DNA of 20,014 nt, from assembly GCA_040289575.1 (NCBI GenBank), contig PSLL01000040.1:728-20741 (forward strand), written 5' to 3'. This DNA is from Candidatus Dadabacteria bacterium (lineage in GTDB: Bacteria; Desulfobacterota_D; UBA1144; Nemesobacterales; CSP1-2). Below, piece after piece: positions 17,094 to 20,014 of this stretch (the stretch's first letter is position 1; every line of letters starts with the position of its first letter). A program made the position numbers and the translations under genes. The notes under the pieces are model-generated. The model saw nothing but the letters and a program-made list of their open reading frames with translations. It was not told where the DNA came from and did not search any database.

Positions 17094-17672
17094 TTATTTC
17101 TTAGGCTCACGGAAAAAAAGCCAAGCAACTAGAGTTCCTGACCCAAAGGCAGAAGCGCCAAAAACCAGCCCGCTAATGGCCATCTGAGTGAGCCCGCTTA
17201 ACATATGGCCAGTTGTATAACCTCCAACTAATCTAGCTCCAAAGATAAAGAGAAAGCCACCAACGAACGCCCGTGCGTAGCGCCTTAACCGACCCCCTTC
17301 AAAACCCACTACGCAAACCGGCGCTACATCTAGTTTTTGATTAGAGGAGATACTCAGTCGGTTCAGTCCATGCGAAAGCAATGCTCCTATGAAAAGTCCA
17401 AAGACAAGCATTACTTCCTGGCCTATCTTTGTCCCAATCTCGCGAAGGTAAAGCTGATGTTCCGCAAAGCCGGGAAATATCTTGTCTAATACGAAGCCGG
17501 CAAACTGTGGGTAGGCCGTCGAGACCCCTAGTGGTCCAAAAGTGGTAATTGCAAACACTTGCACCAGCCCGATTACAGCACCTCACTTAAGCCATACCGG
17601 TGCCTTTACCCAATATAGGCTTAATCTACTTAACTCAGCAGTTCTACCAAGCTCCAGTTCACGAACACTCAT
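17094..17672 (-). pseudogene. YeeE/YedE-family transporter subunit interrupted by an in-frame TGA
   Basis: AAGGAG RBS then ATG at 17672: MSVRELELGRTAELSRLSLYWVKAPVWLK*GAVIGLVQVFAITTFGPLGVST... The TGA at 17585-17583 is in frame with the tracked 17094..17564 ORF. The C-terminal GARLVGGYTTGH replaces the usual GARLAGGCTSGH. Confidence 0.75.
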
Positions 17673-17685
17673 AGGTATAACTCCT

Positions 17686-18260
17686 TTAAATAAACAGTGT
17701 CACCTTGGACTTTACTGCATCTCCTAGATATGTAGCGGCACCGCCTACTTCAATTCCATCTATGAGCTCCTCTTTTCTGATTCCCATTACATCCATTGAC
17801 ATCTGGCATGCAATCATTCTAACATCCATTTCTCGTGCCATCTCTATAAGCTCTTCAAGTGTTGCTACATCCTTTTGCTTCATCATAAACCTAAGAAGCT
17901 TCGCTCCTACTCCGAAGAAGTTTAGCTGTGAAAGCGGCATCTCCTCTGTACCAGACGGTGTCATTAAAGCCAAAAGTTTTTCGAAAATATTTTTTTCTTT
18001 GAGTTCAGCTCTGCGCTTTAAGGTAGAAAGTCCCCAAAAAGTAAAGAACATAGAAACTTCTATACCCAGTGCAGCGGCTCCTGTGGCTATGACAAAGGCA
18101 GCACTCGGTCAAGTTCTCCTGAAAAAACAACCATAGTTACTCGATTTTTGGGTAACTCCTCTTTTATCTCGGCAACTTCACGCTCCAGAGCTTCGATGCG
18201 TTCTTCGAGGGTGGGTACTTTTTGTTCAGTTTCAATGGCCCTTAAATTCTTCATATCCAT
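17686..18260 (-). pseudogene. DsrE2/YrkE-like (DsrE/DsrF/DrsH family) sulfurtransferase split by a frameshift
   Basis: One frame gives ..VTMVVFSGELDR. Another frame continues AAFVIATGAAALGIEVSMFFTFWGL...MIACQMSMDVMGI...GGAATYL...VTLFI. The junction is at about 18103. Confidence 0.85.
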
Positions 18261-18275
18261 TTCTATCACCACCTT

Positions 18276-18530
18276 TTATGATTTTCTTTTAACATAGTGG
18301 ATGTAGACATCTTTCCCATCTGCATCACTTTCCACTTCCTGACTGACAAGCTCAATGTTTTTTGCAACCTGAGCCCAGCCCTTAAAATCATTGACTGAGC
18401 CAGGGTCAGTTGCTATTACTTTAAGTATCTCTCCTATAGAAAGATTACTAACCTCCTGCTTTGCCTTAATCACGGGAAGTGGGCATTTTGTCCCTTTTAC
18501 ATTAAGCTCCTTGTGGTATTCCACTGCCAC
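18276..18530 (-). CDS. TusA/SirA-family sulfur carrier protein
   Basis: 84 aa; L.VKG.KCPLP motif, GEILKVIATDPGS..DF..W; GTG start after AAGGAGGT. Confidence 0.93.
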   Translation of the reverse strand: MAVEYHKELNVKGTKCPLPVIKAKQEVSNLSIGEILKVIATDPGSVNDFKGWAQVAKNIELVSQEVESDADGKDVYIHYVKRKS

Positions 18531-18556
18531 TTTAGGTCACCTCCTTAAAAATTTCT

Positions 18557-19732
18557 CTAAGACTGATAAGCATGTGCTAGAGCACATACATTCTTTCCCA
18601 ATTCGAACTCATTTTCCTTTTCTTCTTCTACTTCAATTAGTCCTGCATTCACCCTTTTTATATCTAAATACTGGGGTGGAAAAACAGGTAGACTCGAAAG
18701 TATGTAATCAACGAATTCCTTCTCTGAGCGTGGGGAAAGATCAGGGTTTTTCCTTTTGAGTTCACCCAAAGTAGCTATAAATACTCCATCCTCTCTTGCT
18801 TCACTGAATGTACTAAAATGACCCGGCAGAACATTAATGTCATCGGGGAGTTTAAGCAGCTTCTCAAACAGGCTTCTATAGTGAAGAGGAGCCCATGTAT
18901 CTGCCCTTCCACCTAAGTCGGGACGAGAAATCGAGTTTATGAATATGCTGTCTCCGGTAAATAGATACCTTTGCTTTCCCTCAATCAGATAAGCAAGATT
19001 TCCAAGTGTGTGTCCAGGAATATGGATAACATTAAGCGTCGCTTCTCCCAGTTTAAACTTCATTCCATCCCAAAGAGGTTCGTAGGAAATCCTCGTAGGA
19101 AGAACATCAATTGGATGAATCCCGTCGTAGGGATGCAGGTAGTAAGGCGCACCTGTCTTTTTAGATAAAGTAACTCCCCCGCTTATGTGGTCTGCATGGG
19201 CATGTGTGTCGAAAATATGGGTTACCCTTAAATTCATCTTTCTGGTAAGCTCAAGTATTTGCTCAATGTGACGGGGTGGGTCAATAACCACTGCTCTATC
19301 CCCATAGGCTACAATATAGTGAAGACAACCACGTGCTGCGCGCTCGAGTTGATAAATCCTTACTACATCACTAAAACTTTCAGTCAGTTCATGTATATCA
19401 TAAAAACTTCCCCAGCCTAACATTCCGCCCTTAAGGCTTAGAGCCTCATAACCACGTGGGTGGAGGATATCATTTGTAACCCAATTAGAGGACTCTCCCT
19501 TCGCACATACTACAATAATAGGCCTATCCTTTGGCACTTTTTTAGCGCTCTCTTCCTCATTCTCAAGAAACTCAAAATAGGGAACATTTAAAATTTCAGG
19601 CTTGTTTTTACCCTCAATATGCCATCTTGAAAACTCTTCTTGGTTTCTTACATCTAGAATAAAAACAGGCCCGCTATTGAGTCTTTGCTTTAATTCATCT
19701 GGTGTTATTTTAGCATTGTTTTTTTCTACCAT
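18557..19732 (-). CDS. Rhodanese + metallo-beta-lactamase fold fusion (persulfide dioxygenase/sulfurtransferase-like; YrkH-like domain order)
   Basis: N-terminal rhodanese (ILDVR...EF..WHI, VVCAKG, SLKGGM..W); MBL motifs DTHAHADH, PGHT, FTGD, RPDL, PGH; C-terminal ELGKN.CA. Confidence 0.9.
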   Translation of the reverse strand: MVEKNNAKITPDELKQRLNSGPVFILDVRNQEEFSRWHIEGKNKPEILNVPYFEFLENEEESAKKVPKDRPIIVVCAKGESSNWVTNDILHPRGYEALSLKGGMLGWGSFYDIHELTESFSDVVRIYQLERAARGCLHYIVAYGDRAVVIDPPRHIEQILELTRKMNLRVTHIFDTHAHADHISGGVTLSKKTGAPYYLHPYDGIHPIDVLPTRISYEPLWDGMKFKLGEATLNVIHIPGHTLGNLAYLIEGKQRYLFTGDSIFINSISRPDLGGRADTWAPLHYRSLFEKLLKLPDDINVLPGHFSTFSEAREDGVFIATLGELKRKNPDLSPRSEKEFVDYILSSLPVFPPQYLDIKRVNAGLIEVEEEKENEFELGKNVCALAHAYQS

Positions 19733-19887
19733 GTTCTATCCCCCTTTTTATTTGCTTCTACTATCATAAATGCAAAAGGTATTGAATGGGTTACAAAAAA
19801 CAACTTCTTCATCGAGGCGGCTCTCGCCTTAAGAGATTCTTGAGATTCTATCTAATCCTAAAGTGGCCAGAGATGATTAGGAAAGGC

Positions 19888-19914
19888 CAGGATTTTCACC
19901 TGATTCCCTTAACC
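19888..19914 (+). repeat. 27-bp direct repeat, copy 2 (isolated 5' fragment of a cobalamin riboswitch on the minus strand)
   Basis: caggattttcacctgattcccttaacc, identical to 14115-14141. Similarity continues for about 10 nt with two 1-nt indels (taactttg vs ctaacctttg). Confidence 0.93.
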
Positions 19915-20014
19915 CTAACCTTTGATTATTGCTTTGTTGCAGACATCATTTCTTAGGGATTGCTTGCTCAATGTTAATTCATGTATAGGCATCGTTGTAT
20001 TGTAGGGGCTGATG

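Noticed and set aside
8020..17586. Short alternative-frame minus-strand ORFs (8020..8205, 15266..15520, 16680..16976, 17341..17586)
   Set aside because: Nested out of frame within real genes, with no family motifs.
276..19168. Numerous plus-strand ORFs of 61-193 aa (e.g. 8340..8921, 6428..6862, 17705..18136)
   Set aside because: They lie antisense to well-supported minus-strand genes and have no recognisable motifs; shadow ORFs.
19740..19860. Promoter or CstR/CsoR operator for the sulfur operon; short gagattct duplication
   Set aside because: A TATGAT -10-like hexamer has no properly spaced -35, no clear TACC-N-GGTA palindrome is present, and the 8-bp duplication is too short to be significant.
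1..20014. CRISPR array, tRNA/rRNA, transposase or integrase
   Set aside because: No periodic repeats, RNA-gene signatures or recombinase ORFs were seen; the 27-bp repeat has only two copies 5.8 kb apart.

Overview
All supported genes lie on the minus strand and form two blocks. (1) Positions 1-14190 hold a cobalamin (B12) biosynthesis operon of the early-cobalt-insertion ('anaerobic', cbi) type. In transcription order it reads: sigma70 promoter, cobalamin riboswitch, HupE/UreJ-type Co/Ni transporter, cbiA, cbiL, cobO/btuR, cbiX, cbiC, cbiD, cbiET, cbiG, cbiH, cbiF, bluB, cbiB, cobD, cbiP (runs off the window). The riboswitch's translational switch (kissing loop, anti-SD, anti-anti-SD) can be read directly from the sequence. 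(2) Positions 14328-19732 hold a sulfur/persulfide-handling cluster: rhodanese-MBL fusion, TusA, DsrE2-like, two YeeE/YedE proteins, MFS, TauE/SafE. It resembles Bacillus yrkE-J / Staphylococcus cst clusters and shows lesions (a frameshift, an in-frame TGA and motif substitutions). The most unusual observation is that the sulfur block is bracketed by an exact 27-bp direct repeat that is the 5' core of the cobalamin riboswitch. This suggests either insertion of the module at a riboswitch or a decayed second B12 riboswitch upstream of sulfur-relay genes. Functional calls come from motif recognition only; no searches were run.
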